A DNA stretch of 64,000 nt from Bacteroidia bacterium (GCA_965279165.1 OZ257140.1:102244-166243); one strand, 5' to 3'; numbered from the stretch's first letter, positions 27,637 to 37,477 are shown. A program made the numbers and translations. Notes: generated by a model not told the origin, from the sequence alone.

Positions 27637-28893
27637 TTAAGAAAGTTGCATCAATGCATTTCTTAGATGGTGTAACATCTGAGGAACTTCATCGATATTA
27701 CAGGTACCAACACTTAATCGGTACCAAGGAGATTCTTTAGAAGCCCCAAAAGCAAAGAACGGAACAACAGCCAAATGTGCTTCATTTAAAATATAAGCGC
27801 ATACATCGGATTGGTTTTTTAATTCTTGTCCGTTATTGGTCCGTTTTCCAACCAAATCAAATTTTACAGTCAGGTAAATGGCACCTTCAGGAGATATCGC
27901 ATCCACTAAAAATCCATCATTTTTTAATACCTGCAATCCTTCATAAATCGATTGTAAGCGCACAAAAACTTTGTCTTTCAATTCATGGATATAGGTTTCA
28001 ATGGCAGGAAATTCGGTAAGGTAAATGGAAGCAGCTTTTTGCTCCGGCATAGGGCTCCAGGCTCCGATATGGGATAAAATGGATTTCATTTTTGCAATCA
28101 CGGGTGCCGGTCCCATCGACCATCCTACCCTCACTCCTGTTGATGCAAAAGCCTTGCTCATGCCATCAACAAAAATGGTTACATCTCTCAATTCTGGCAT
28201 TAACGAAACAGGATTCTCGTGCTTGATATTTCCAAAAGTGAGTAACCAGTATATCTGATCAAACAAGATGTATAGTTTCTTTTGTTCTGCCGGTCTTCTT
28301 TTGTTTTCAGCAACCACCAATTCGCAAATTTCAAGAAGGTTTTGTCGGCTAAATGCAGTGCCTGTTGGATTTAACGGGGAACACAATGCCAACAAACTTG
28401 CATCTTTAATTACTTCCTTTAGCTGAGATGCAACCGGCATGAAATTATTTTCCGGAAGGGTTTCAATGGCAATATGTTCGCCTTCTACAAAATGGGTATA
28501 GTGGTTGTTGTTCCAAGATGGAACGGTATAAATAACCTTATCTCCTTTATCCAATATGGTTCGATACACTGCATAAATCAACGGGCGCCCACCGCCTGAA
28601 ATGAGAATTTCATTATCTGCATATGCAAGACCCTGGTATTTTTTTATGAATCCGCCGACTGCTTTTCGCAATTCCAAAATACCATCTGCTGCAGGATAAT
28701 TGGTATGGTGGTTTTGGTATGCTTCCTGGATTAACTGTTCAAAACGTTCAGGTATAGGAAACATCACCGGGTTAAAGTCGCCTATGGTATAATTGTAAAT
28801 TTGTTGGCCCTGCTTAATTTTTTCATTTACTTCAGCGGCCAGTTTAATTATTTCGGATCCAATTAGGGTCTCTGCCAATTGCGATAATGCCAT
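27637..28893 (-). CDS. PLP-dependent aminotransferase, class I/II
   Basis: 418 aa. PLP-lysine region DGMSKAFASTGVRVGW matching the SKxxxxxGxRxG pattern. Confidence 0.75.
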   Translation of the reverse strand: MALSQLAETLIGSEIIKLAAEVNEKIKQGQQIYNYTIGDFNPVMFPIPERFEQLIQEAYQNHHTNYPAADGILELRKAVGGFIKKYQGLAYADNEILISGGGRPLIYAVYRTILDKGDKVIYTVPSWNNNHYTHFVEGEHIAIETLPENNFMPVASQLKEVIKDASLLALCSPLNPTGTAFSRQNLLEICELVVAENKRRPAEQKKLYILFDQIYWLLTFGNIKHENPVSLMPELRDVTIFVDGMSKAFASTGVRVGWSMGPAPVIAKMKSILSHIGAWSPMPEQKAASIYLTEFPAIETYIHELKDKVFVRLQSIYEGLQVLKNDGFLVDAISPEGAIYLTVKFDLVGKRTNNGQELKNQSDVCAYILNEAHLAVVPFFAFGASKESPWYRLSVGTCNIDEVPQMLHHLRNALMQLS

Positions 28894-28993
28894 ACTTTAT
28901 AGGTGGATAATTTCCGGCTTAAAATTAGGGGAATAAAATAATATTTAGGGTAACAAATTATTCACGTTTATGAATAATCAGCAAGAGGATTCA

Positions 28994-29938
28994 TCAACCC
29001 TTTATTTTCTCGTATTTATTGGCATTGGCAATGTTAATTTCATTTAACAAAGCAATAACCTTGGGTTTTTCGTTGGCGGGGGCTCCCTTAAATATATTAA
29101 CCAGTTCATCTGATTTCGATTCAAAGAATACCAAAAGCATCACGGTATTGGGAGCCACTTTAAATACTTTTTGTACCAATTCGAGTGATGCAAAAATTTG
29201 TTTTCTTGCGTTTTCAGGTTCTTTACCCATGCGGTCCAAACCTTGTCGGTGGTATTTATAATTTGCTTCTCGTAAAGGTTTAAACCTATCATTCATCACA
29301 TTGTCGATAAGGTTATACCTCGACCTGATATTTCTTTCAAAGGGTTGCCATCCTGCCAATCCTGTTGGTTGGGCATTGTTGGCAATATTAAATGCTTTGT
29401 TTAGATATGGATTTCCGGCGTACAAACCAAACGAATCGAAGTCCATTGCAATAACATAATATACATAAAACGACAACAGCGAAATCAAGTTGGTTGAATA
29501 AGCATTGTCGTTATACACCATCGGGTCAAATTCATTGAAAATGAATTCCCAATTCTCGTCGTTGATATTAAATAAAATGGTGTTATAGGAGGTTCCAAAA
29601 ACCGGTCTACGACTTTGAATTTGGCAACTTCCCTTATAACTGCTGTTATTTACATCAAATTGCGTCAGAATAATCTGAAAATTGATTTCGATACGCTCGT
29701 TTGGTTCCACTTTTTCGGTGGTCCAACGGGTATTGTTTACAAAATTGGTGATGGCTTGCTCTAACTTCCTGAAAATTCTTTTGTCGGAAAGCTGAATCTG
29801 GTTATCGAGGATGGTAGCGGTACAAATAAGCTCATCTCCTTTTACCTGTATGGCGAAAATAAATAAGAAAGAGATTAACCACCATTTACGCATGTTGAAT
29901 GGAAATAATTTTTTTAACGATATCCTGGGCAACTTCAT
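28994..29938 (-). CDS. DUF4835-family protein (conserved Bacteroidota partner of coaBC/recN)
   Basis: Secreted 314-aa protein. Its position between coaBC and recN matches the conserved Bacteroidota synteny. Confidence 0.45.
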   Translation of the reverse strand: MKLPRISLKKLFPFNMRKWWLISFLFIFAIQVKGDELICTATILDNQIQLSDKRIFRKLEQAITNFVNNTRWTTEKVEPNERIEINFQIILTQFDVNNSSYKGSCQIQSRRPVFGTSYNTILFNINDENWEFIFNEFDPMVYNDNAYSTNLISLLSFYVYYVIAMDFDSFGLYAGNPYLNKAFNIANNAQPTGLAGWQPFERNIRSRYNLIDNVMNDRFKPLREANYKYHRQGLDRMGKEPENARKQIFASLELVQKVFKVAPNTVMLLVFFESKSDELVNIFKGAPANEKPKVIALLNEINIANANKYEKIKG

Positions 29939-31088
29939 TTTTCGATTTTAATTTAAAATCTATAACGCTTTCGTCCTTACTTATGATACTTATTTTGTTG
30001 GTGGCAAAGCCAAAACCTGCACCTTTTGATTTTAATGAATTGAGTACGATAAAGTCAAGGTTCTTGCTTTTAAGTTTCTTTTTGGCATTTTCGATTTCAT
30101 TATCGGTTTCCAGAGCAAAGCCAACAAGCAATTGCTTTTTGGTTTTTTTTCTACCCAATTCTGCCAGTATATCTTTGGTCTTTTTTAATTTAAGATGCAA
30201 CTCATCTCCGTTCTTTTTGATTTTAGATATGGCAACTTTTTCGGGCGTATAATCGGCAACTGCAGCGCTCATTACAGCAATATCTGCTTTTGCAAATTGC
30301 TTAACCGTTTTTTCAAACATTTCTTCTGCCGACGTAACATTTAATCTAAAAATATTTGCATGTGCTTCGTGCAGCTCGGTTGGTCCTGCAATGAGGGTAA
30401 CCTTGGCACCATGCCTTGCAAACTCTTCGGCAAGCGCAAAACCCATTCGTCCGCTGCTATGGTTTCCGATAAACCGAACAGGATCGATACTTTCGTAAGT
30501 TGGTCCTGCTGTGATTAAAACCTTTTTATTGTTCAAGAGGCGGGTTGTGGAAAGCGAATCCTTTAACCTTTGGATAATATCTTCGGGTTCCATCATGCGA
30601 CCGGTACCATGTAAACCACTTGCCAATTCGCCGTCGGCAGGAGGCAACAAAATATTGCCATAACCTCTCAGTATTTCCAGGTTATTTTTGGTTGCAGGAT
30701 GCTGAAACATATCCAAATCCATGGCCGGGGCAAAAAAAGTTTTGCATCTGGCCGACAGATAGGTTGCAAGTAATAAATTATTGCATAAGCCATGGGCCAT
30801 AGCAGCTAGTGTATTGGCTGTTGCAGGGGCAATTAAAAGAACATCGGCCCAAACACCCAAATCTACGTGGTTGTTCCATTCACCGGTTTCGTCTTTCACA
30901 AACTCCGTACAAACAGGATTTTTGCTGAGGGTAGATAAGGTAAGAGGAGTGATAAATTCGTGTGCATCCCGGGTCATAACTACCTTTACTTCGGCACCTT
31001 CCTTTACCAACAAACGAACCAGCACAGCAGACTTATAAGCTGCAATGCTACCTGTTACTCCCAATACTATTTTCCGGCCGTTAAGCAT
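29886..31088 (-). CDS. coaBC: Bifunctional phosphopantothenoylcysteine decarboxylase / phosphopantothenate-cysteine ligase
   Basis: 400 aa. N-terminal flavoprotein motif KIVLGVTGSIAAYK and a C-terminal CoaB domain. Confidence 0.9.
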   Translation of the reverse strand: MLNGRKIVLGVTGSIAAYKSAVLVRLLVKEGAEVKVVMTRDAHEFITPLTLSTLSKNPVCTEFVKDETGEWNNHVDLGVWADVLLIAPATANTLAAMAHGLCNNLLLATYLSARCKTFFAPAMDLDMFQHPATKNNLEILRGYGNILLPPADGELASGLHGTGRMMEPEDIIQRLKDSLSTTRLLNNKKVLITAGPTYESIDPVRFIGNHSSGRMGFALAEEFARHGAKVTLIAGPTELHEAHANIFRLNVTSAEEMFEKTVKQFAKADIAVMSAAVADYTPEKVAISKIKKNGDELHLKLKKTKDILAELGRKKTKKQLLVGFALETDNEIENAKKKLKSKNLDFIVLNSLKSKGAGFGFATNKISIISKDESVIDFKLKSKNEVAQDIVKKIISIQHA

Positions 31089-31447
31089 TATGCTTTAGCG
31101 TCGATATCTTGTTGTTCTTTGATGCGTCTTTCTTTTTCCGGATTGCGAAAATGCAATTTGTCGGTAATAAACTCATCGGCTGCGATAAGGGTTGGTTTTG
31201 GTAAACGCTCGTAATAGCTTGATATTTCTATCTGTTCGCGATTTTCAAATACTTCTTCCAAAGTATCGCTGTCGTTAGAGAATTCTTCTAATTTGGCATG
31301 TAATTCTTCCTTAATCTGTGCCGAAATCTGGTTGGCACGTTTAGAAATAATAGCAATGGATTCGTACACATTACCTGTTTTGTCTTCTAGTTTACGCATG
31401 TCTCTCACTATCGTAGTGGTTGGTGCATTTTGAAAATTGATTCCCAT
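31088..31447 (-). CDS. rpoZ: RNA polymerase omega-like subunit (Bacteroidota type)
   Basis: 119-aa acidic protein. Its position between bamD and coaBC matches conserved synteny. Sequence similarity to canonical omega is weak. Confidence 0.45.
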   Translation of the reverse strand: MGINFQNAPTTTIVRDMRKLEDKTGNVYESIAIISKRANQISAQIKEELHAKLEEFSNDSDTLEEVFENREQIEISSYYERLPKPTLIAADEFITDKLHFRNPEKERRIKEQQDIDAKA

Positions 31448-31449
31448 AA

Positions 31450-32283
31450 TTATTCGTTTTTATATGTTGTTTCTGTTACTTTTCTTTCGCTCAATCGTTT
31501 GATGTTTTCTTCCGATTTCTCAACAAATCCGTTGATCTCATTTTTATATTTGCTATCGGCATATTCCTCAAAAAAGCGTTGGCAATATTCAAGGGTAAGC
31601 TTATAGCGTTCAATCTTCTTTAGCTCAATGCTGTTATAGGCAAGCAGGTATTGCGACTTTACGGTTAAATAGTCTAACTCTTCCTTTTGTGCTATCTCCG
31701 GATACTCTCTAACTACATTTTGTAAGGCAACAATTGCACTTTTATATTCTTCGATATTATAATATAAGACAGCTTCTTTATATGCCTTTTGAGAAAGTTT
31801 ATTTCTTAATTTATCCAATAAAGTATTGCATTCGGCAACATATTTACTTTCCGGAAAAACAGTTACAAATAAATTAATCGATTCGATTGCTTTATACGTA
31901 TCGGTTTGGTCGAGGTACGCCGGTTGCGATTCAAGGTACATGCAATAACTGGTCATGTATAAACTTTCTTCGGACCACTGCCCGGTAGGAAAATTTTCGA
32001 AATACGCTTTAAACTGAAATCCTGCCAATGGGTAGTTTTTCAAGGCATAATTGCAATAAGCGCTATAGTACAAAACTTTCTCGGCCATTGCTGTTCCGTT
32101 AAAGTTGTCTTGCAATTGTTCAAATAAAGAAACAGCACGGAAATAGTCTTTCTTGTTATAATAGTGTAATGCCAGTTCGTATTTCTTGTTCAAATCCGGG
32201 TTTTTCAGCGTTTTTTGGTACTTGCTGCAGGATCCTAGAAACATGAAAATGAGTAAATAAAGAATGAGTTTGGTTGGCTTCAT
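31450..32283 (-). CDS. bamD: Outer-membrane protein assembly factor BamD (TPR lipoprotein). Start moved to the MKPTKL... Met.
   Basis: Lipoprotein signal with the LGSCS lipobox, TPR-like repeats rich in Y/A, and a conserved neighbourhood. Confidence 0.75.
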   Translation of the reverse strand: MKPTKLILYLLIFMFLGSCSKYQKTLKNPDLNKKYELALHYYNKKDYFRAVSLFEQLQDNFNGTAMAEKVLYYSAYCNYALKNYPLAGFQFKAYFENFPTGQWSEESLYMTSYCMYLESQPAYLDQTDTYKAIESINLFVTVFPESKYVAECNTLLDKLRNKLSQKAYKEAVLYYNIEEYKSAIVALQNVVREYPEIAQKEELDYLTVKSQYLLAYNSIELKKIERYKLTLEYCQRFFEEYADSKYKNEINGFVEKSEENIKRLSERKVTETTYKNE

Positions 32284-32417
32284 TATTAATGGAACGACAA
32301 ACATACGGCTTTTATTCCTTCTTGTAAATAGGCAATACCACCCTATTTTAATTTTATTGAAATGATTATCAGAACATTAATGACTATTTTGGTATATTTT
32401 TTTACCCCGATTTTGTT

Positions 32418-33014
32418 ATGCTTTACTTTGCAAAATTACCATTGAAAATAATCTACCTTATATCTATCGGTTTAATCGTTTTGGCTTGTACACAACCCAC
32501 TAGAGCCCAAACCATTACTTCAATCCCAAAGGATAGTACCGATGAATTAACCGACACCACCCAATCGAAAACCCGACTCGAAATTTCGGACACGATGATG
32601 GTTAAGCATCCACAATTAAGGGTAGATAGTTTAATACAATACGCCTATAGTTTCATGGGTAAACGATACCGAAGAGGCGGAACTACCTCCAAAGGATTTG
32701 ATTGTTCGGGTTATACGATGACGGTGTACAAAAAATTCAACATAAAATTACCACATACCTCTGCCGGACAGGGTTTAATGGGTATTGAAATTAACCGGGC
32801 GCAGATTTCCAAAGGCGATTTGATTTTGTTTAGAGGAAGAAGCAGACGGGGAAAAAGAATAGGACATGTAGGAATTGTTATTTCTGAAAAAGGGCAACCC
32901 GTAAGGTTTATTCATTCGAGCACAAGTGAAGGGGTTAGAATTGATCGACTAGAATATTTATATTACAAGAAAAGATATATTAAGTCGGTTAGATTACCCG
33001 AACTGTCGAAATAA
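32418..33014 (+). CDS. C40 family (NlpC/P60) peptidase
   Basis: Catalytic-Cys motif GFDCSGY and a downstream His (GHVGIV). 198 aa. Confidence 0.8.
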   Translation: MLYFAKLPLKIIYLISIGLIVLACTQPTRAQTITSIPKDSTDELTDTTQSKTRLEISDTMMVKHPQLRVDSLIQYAYSFMGKRYRRGGTTSKGFDCSGYTMTVYKKFNIKLPHTSAGQGLMGIEINRAQISKGDLILFRGRSRRGKRIGHVGIVISEKGQPVRFIHSSTSEGVRIDRLEYLYYKKRYIKSVRLPELSK

Positions 33015-33129
33015 AAATTTATTTCTTTCTGTGATCATTATTATTTTAAATATATACAGGATTAACTATTTTGCGACCTGATACTTTTGCGAAGTATGAT
33101 TCAATAAATAAAGCAAAAAAAAACTGTTC

Positions 33130-33771
33130 ATGAAAAGAATAAAACCAATCTTATTTCTTACATCCATTTTCCTGTTTGCAACAGCCTGCCAGAAAAATGC
33201 CAACTTTGATGAGTTATCGCTTAATCCTACTTGTATAACATCAAAATCGCCGAATGCCAATTTTAAAGAGCACAAAACTTTTTATATATCCGATACCATT
33301 CACCAGGTAACCAATGATCCTGCGGATACTATTATGTTTGATAACAATGCCAAGAAACTGATTGATGCAATTGTTTCGAATATGACCCGCAATGGTTATA
33401 CAAGAACAACTATAATCGATAGTGCCGATCTTGGAATAAGCACATTATTGATGTCGGCAGATGTTACTCAAACTGTCTATTATTCGGGCTGGTGGGGTGG
33501 ATATTACGGAGGTTATTATGGTGGAGGCTACTGGGGATATCCGGGTTATGGATATTATTATCCTTATGGAACAACTTATAGCTATTCGATTGGAACCTTT
33601 ATTTATTCGGCTTTAGATTTAAAAAATGCACCCTCAAAAAATATGTTAGAAGCAATTTGGACAGGTTATTTGGTTGGTTATTTAGCCGATAATGTAGCAA
33701 CCAATGTTTCCAGAGGGGTTGACGGTATTAACCAATCATTCAAACAATCTACTTATTTCACCAACCGCTAA
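33130..33771 (+). CDS. Lipoprotein with a Gly/Tyr/Trp-rich low-complexity segment (DUF4136-like)
   Basis: Signal peptide with a Cys lipobox (FATAC). Low-complexity stretch SGWWGGYYGGYYGGGYWGYPGYGYYYPYG. Confidence 0.4.
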   Translation: MKRIKPILFLTSIFLFATACQKNANFDELSLNPTCITSKSPNANFKEHKTFYISDTIHQVTNDPADTIMFDNNAKKLIDAIVSNMTRNGYTRTTIIDSADLGISTLLMSADVTQTVYYSGWWGGYYGGYYGGGYWGYPGYGYYYPYGTTYSYSIGTFIYSALDLKNAPSKNMLEAIWTGYLVGYLADNVATNVSRGVDGINQSFKQSTYFTNR

Positions 33772-33781
33772 GTAAAAAACG

Positions 33782-34390
33782 ATGAAGAAATTATTAATAA
33801 TATTAGGTGCAATTATCGCTACAACTCCTGTTATTGCGCAAGAAGAAGACGATAATATTTTATTTGGAAGCTGGGAAATGGGTTATTCGACTTCCAGTTA
33901 TTTAAAGGATTATAGTTTTGCCGGAGGTCGGTTTGATTACCGCCATTTTATCAGCGACAATATTTCAATAGGCTTAGGCATGAGCTGGAACACCTATGAA
34001 GAATACAGGGATGCAGAAACTTACACTTCGAAAGACGGCAATACCGCTATCCATTCGGATATATTAAAAACGGTTTATCAATTGCCAATTACCGCAAGTG
34101 CCCATTATTACTTCACCAAAGAAAACAAACTGATTGTACCTTTTATAGGTATCAATATGGGCGCGCAATACAGCGAACAAAATGCATATATCAATATATT
34201 TCAGTTCTATGATGAGAATTGGGGATTTGTTGCACGTCCGGAACTAGGATTGTATATTGATACGGAAGGTTCTGTATTGCCATATTTCTCTGTTGGGTAC
34301 AATATGTCGACCAACAAAAACGCCGATTTTAACGTAACCAGCTTTGAGCATTTTACGTTTAATATTGGTTTGGCAGTTTGTTTGGACTAA
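33782..34390 (+). CDS. Small outer-membrane beta-barrel protein (OmpW/OmpA-barrel-like)
   Basis: Signal peptide, alternating hydrophobic beta-strand pattern and ~200 aa. The family assignment is tentative. Confidence 0.4.
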   Translation: MKKLLIILGAIIATTPVIAQEEDDNILFGSWEMGYSTSSYLKDYSFAGGRFDYRHFISDNISIGLGMSWNTYEEYRDAETYTSKDGNTAIHSDILKTVYQLPITASAHYYFTKENKLIVPFIGINMGAQYSEQNAYINIFQFYDENWGFVARPELGLYIDTEGSVLPYFSVGYNMSTNKNADFNVTSFEHFTFNIGLAVCLD

Positions 34391-34566
34391 CCATATAAAT
34401 CAACATCTAACCTGTTGTTTTATATTGATTGTATTGATACATACAATATAAAAATATTTCCTACTACTTCTTATAATCTACCTGAGTGATTTAACCCATT
34501 CACTTTATCGCTTAATCCGAAAAGAAGAGTACATGCTTGAATTCAGGTAAAGAGATCTTAATTACA

Positions 34567-35044
34567 TAATTAGTCGACCCTCAAAAAGTCCTTTTAAAAG
34601 AAATGTGTAATTTCAATATCAGATCAATTATTTTATTGAGATTTTGGAGCTTTGCGCTCCAAGCCAGCATCCCGTATAAAAACGGGACAAAAAAATCAAG
34701 GCTTCCTATTTTTATGCTGCATTTTACGAATCGCACATCCCACGCAACCCAAGCCGCCCTTGGCACCTAGCCATCGCAAGCTCGTGGGTCGCTTGCTTAT
34801 CCCGGCGCATATGTACTCTTCATAAATGCTACGCATAAAAATAGAAGGCCACCAGCTCCGAAAAACTTTTTAGATAAAATGAAGATTCAACCTTAGTCGC
34901 TGATAATAGATAGAATAAATTGATCAACTGAATTTGCAAGCTTTTTAAATTTTGAACTGAAACCTTGCAAATAATTTGATGCAAATTTGTAACGAAAGTA
35001 TTGCTAAATCTAACTTTCATCACATTTTGAGGGTCGACTAATTA
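34567..35044. repeat. 478-bp element bounded by perfect 20-bp terminal inverted repeats (TAATTAGTCGACCCTCAAAA ... TTTTGAGGGTCGACTAATTA). Candidate MITE.
   Basis: IRL at 34567-34586 is exactly reverse-complementary to IRR at 35025-35044. The element lies in a 770-bp convergent intergenic gap. Confidence 0.6.
34646..34859. ncRNA. Candidate structured RNA: GC-rich (~60% vs ~38% genome) core with a closing helix and nested hairpins. Strand unknown.
   Basis: GGAGCT (34646) pairs with AGCTCC (34854). Internal helices CCCGT/ACGGG, TTTTTATGC.GCATTT/AAATGC..GCATAAAAA, CCCACG/CGTGGG, CCAAG/CTTGG and GCAAGC/GCTTGC. No protein-like ORF. Confidence 0.3.
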
Positions 35045-35164
35045 CTTTATAAAAGTATTAGATAAAACACTCTTAAAACTAACAAGGAAAGTGTCCTTTT
35101 ATTCCACAATAAGCAAATCGTTGAAGTTAAGAAAACCATTAATCTTTATTCCATGGAAGTTCCG

Positions 35165-36277
35165 TTATGGACGATACTTATTATGATCCTTAAAGATGTC
35201 GTAACCTACTGTAAACTCAAGGAAGTCGGCGGATGCTTTATGGGCTTTAATTCCAAGTCCTACAAAGAAATGATCGCTGATTCGGTATCGAGGGCAAACC
35301 CGTTCGTAGTATGGTTTAAATTCTTCGTTATCATAATGGCGCTTCAAGTAAAATCCGATGGCAATATTCAACCATAATCTTTCGGTAAGCACCCAATCAT
35401 AAGTTGTAAATACCGCATAACTCATACTTTTCTGCAAATCAGTTTCGTCGCTCACTACCCTATCCGGTCCGCTTCCATTATAAAAAATATCCAAACCACC
35501 ACCCCATCTTGCCTTGTATCCTACTTGGCGCAGGTATTGTAAACTCAGCACGCCAATCGGATAATTTTCATCATTCGCTTCAAAGCTTTTTGAACCAATG
35601 GCTCCTACAATTTGAAAATGGTTATTTTGAATAAAATCAGAAATGGCTGTTTTTTGGTAGTCGGGTTTACGTTTGTCGAATGTATACACCGCATATAGCT
35701 GAAGAGGTATCAGATTAATACCTGAATTTGGTTGTTGCATTGAACCATTTGAAAAATGTTTGAAACCCAATCCTGCACCTGCACTGAAACGATCTGTAAA
35801 ATTATATTCAGCATTAGCGCTTAAATGAATAAATGCATTTCGATACGAACCAATCATAAGGTTCTCATAATTCACACTATCATTATAAGGATTGAAATTA
35901 TAGGAAATACCAAAGCCAAGTTCGTATGAGAAATTCCATTTCTTACCACGATACCAAGGGATGCGGGCAAATCCATAAAGCGCATTTGGATTACCTATCT
36001 TTTCGTTATGAAAGGTGGAGGAATAAAAACCAATACCATAAATAGGTGCATTATAAATCATGGAATATACATAGGGACTTTCGGTTTGCCAGTTTAAACG
36101 AAGGGTTACACCATTATAATATGAAGCTTGTATAATCGCATTTGAGAAATCGGAAACAGAAGGTAGCATAGCTCCATTTTCGAATACCAAATCAAAACGT
36201 TTAATTGTTTTGTTAGTTGTTTGGGCAAAGCTTTGCAAAGCCGCAGCGAATAAAATCAGCGTAAAAATTCTTTTCAT
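35165..36277 (-). CDS. Hypothetical outer-membrane beta-barrel protein
   Basis: Signal peptide (MKRIFTLILFAAALQSFAQ), aromatic-rich alternating pattern and a C-terminal aromatic residue. No specific family recognised. Confidence 0.4.
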   Translation of the reverse strand: MKRIFTLILFAAALQSFAQTTNKTIKRFDLVFENGAMLPSVSDFSNAIIQASYYNGVTLRLNWQTESPYVYSMIYNAPIYGIGFYSSTFHNEKIGNPNALYGFARIPWYRGKKWNFSYELGFGISYNFNPYNDSVNYENLMIGSYRNAFIHLSANAEYNFTDRFSAGAGLGFKHFSNGSMQQPNSGINLIPLQLYAVYTFDKRKPDYQKTAISDFIQNNHFQIVGAIGSKSFEANDENYPIGVLSLQYLRQVGYKARWGGGLDIFYNGSGPDRVVSDETDLQKSMSYAVFTTYDWVLTERLWLNIAIGFYLKRHYDNEEFKPYYERVCPRYRISDHFFVGLGIKAHKASADFLEFTVGYDIFKDHNKYRP

Positions 36278-36286
36278 AATTTTGGT

Positions 36287-37477
36287 TTAAAAACATTCAA
36301 ATAATAAGATATACCAGGTCCAGTAATTTCTGCTAACGGCAGCATCCAATCCAATATTTCCATTGGTACGTTTATCAAACTTCAAACGCAAACCGGCACC
36401 GGAAGCAAGATTTATATCTGGATATCTTTGTGTATACATAGTTGCTGGAGAAGCAAAATTAATAAAAAATACCGCTCCCCACAATCCATTATGAGTAATA
36501 TCAGTTCTATATTCTGCTTCCCCGGAAATTAAACCGGTGCTTCTGTATCTGTTTCTATAGATACCTCTGTTCATTCTTCCATAATTATCCCAACCATTAC
36601 TGGGTAAATCCAAGAAATAAGGTTTTGCGTTAAATACCGACCAGTAAAATATGTTTAAAGCCAAAACTTTATGACGCCATTTACTTAATTTAAAATATTT
36701 CCTACCATCAACATAAAGGGAATTCCATGTTTTTGCAGATCCAGTCCAAGGTGCATTGCGCCTGAAAGTTATCCGAAGAAACTGACCTGTTTCTGCATTT
36801 AACGTATTACCTCTCGAATCAAACACCCCTTCCAAGGTTAAACCGGAGGAGAAATAACTTGTTAAACCGGTGTCGCCATATTGTTGAAAATCAGATGGCC
36901 CTTCTATAAATTTCTTGTCTTCTTTGATATTATAGTAATTGTCGATTTGAAATCCCAAGCCAAAAGCCATGTCTCTTCTAAATTTATGGGTTATATTCTG
37001 GTAGAATCGAAATTGATAATAGTCTATTCTGGACTGCACTATATCAGGTGAACCAGCGCCAATAGCATACGATTCCTGGGGGTAATTCATGTACCGATAA
37101 TCTCCGGTTAGATTGTATTGGTTATTGTTGGTCCAGATATACGTTCGCATTGGAATTACCCATTGGTCGGAGAAGGTAAAATAAGGGGTAAAATAAACAT
37201 TCGACATATTGGTTGTTTTTTTATCACCAAGGTAAAATGCTGCTACAAATGCCGTAACAAAGCCATTTCCTGAACTTGAAGGACCCGGAATAATTGAAAA
37301 ATAAACTTTGTTGCTGTCTCTTTTGGATTGTTCTTCATCTGTAAAAGGTAATTTTCCAAATACCTCTCTGGTAACGTCAATCAAATCTTTTTGTTTAACT
37401 AACGTATCCGGATTCTGGGCTAAAACCGAATCTAAAATAATAATACCAAAACAGTACAGAAAAACTAGCTTTCGCAT
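36287..37477 (-). CDS. Omp85-like (surface-antigen D15 barrel-only) outer-membrane protein
   Basis: C-terminal region GEAEYR...GAGLRLKF resembles BamA-type barrel motifs. Paralogous to the protein at 61439-62533. Confidence 0.4.
   Translation of the reverse strand: MRKLVFLYCFGIIILDSVLAQNPDTLVKQKDLIDVTREVFGKLPFTDEEQSKRDSNKVYFSIIPGPSSSGNGFVTAFVAAFYLGDKKTTNMSNVYFTPYFTFSDQWVIPMRTYIWTNNNQYNLTGDYRYMNYPQESYAIGAGSPDIVQSRIDYYQFRFYQNITHKFRRDMAFGLGFQIDNYYNIKEDKKFIEGPSDFQQYGDTGLTSYFSSGLTLEGVFDSRGNTLNAETGQFLRITFRRNAPWTGSAKTWNSLYVDGRKYFKLSKWRHKVLALNIFYWSVFNAKPYFLDLPSNGWDNYGRMNRGIYRNRYRSTGLISGEAEYRTDITHNGLWGAVFFINFASPATMYTQRYPDINLASGAGLRLKFDKRTNGNIGLDAAVSRNYWTWYILLFECF

Noticed and set aside
34581-34766. 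61-aa ORF inside the IR-bounded element as its cargo gene
   Set aside because: Its composition (W/A/R-rich from GC-rich DNA) is unlike all other proteins here and it runs antisense across predicted helices. Non-coding structured DNA is the better explanation.
34646-34859. Known housekeeping RNA (tmRNA, RNase P RNA, SRP RNA, 6S) in the GC-rich structured segment
   Set aside because: Too short for RNase P or tmRNA. None of the signature motifs are present (GGAAAGUCCGG / ACAGAACCCGGCUUA for RNase P, tRNA-like GGUUCGA...CCA for tmRNA, SRP domain IV GGAA loop context). The multi-hairpin layout does not match the rod-like 6S fold. It is left as unassigned candidate ncRNA.
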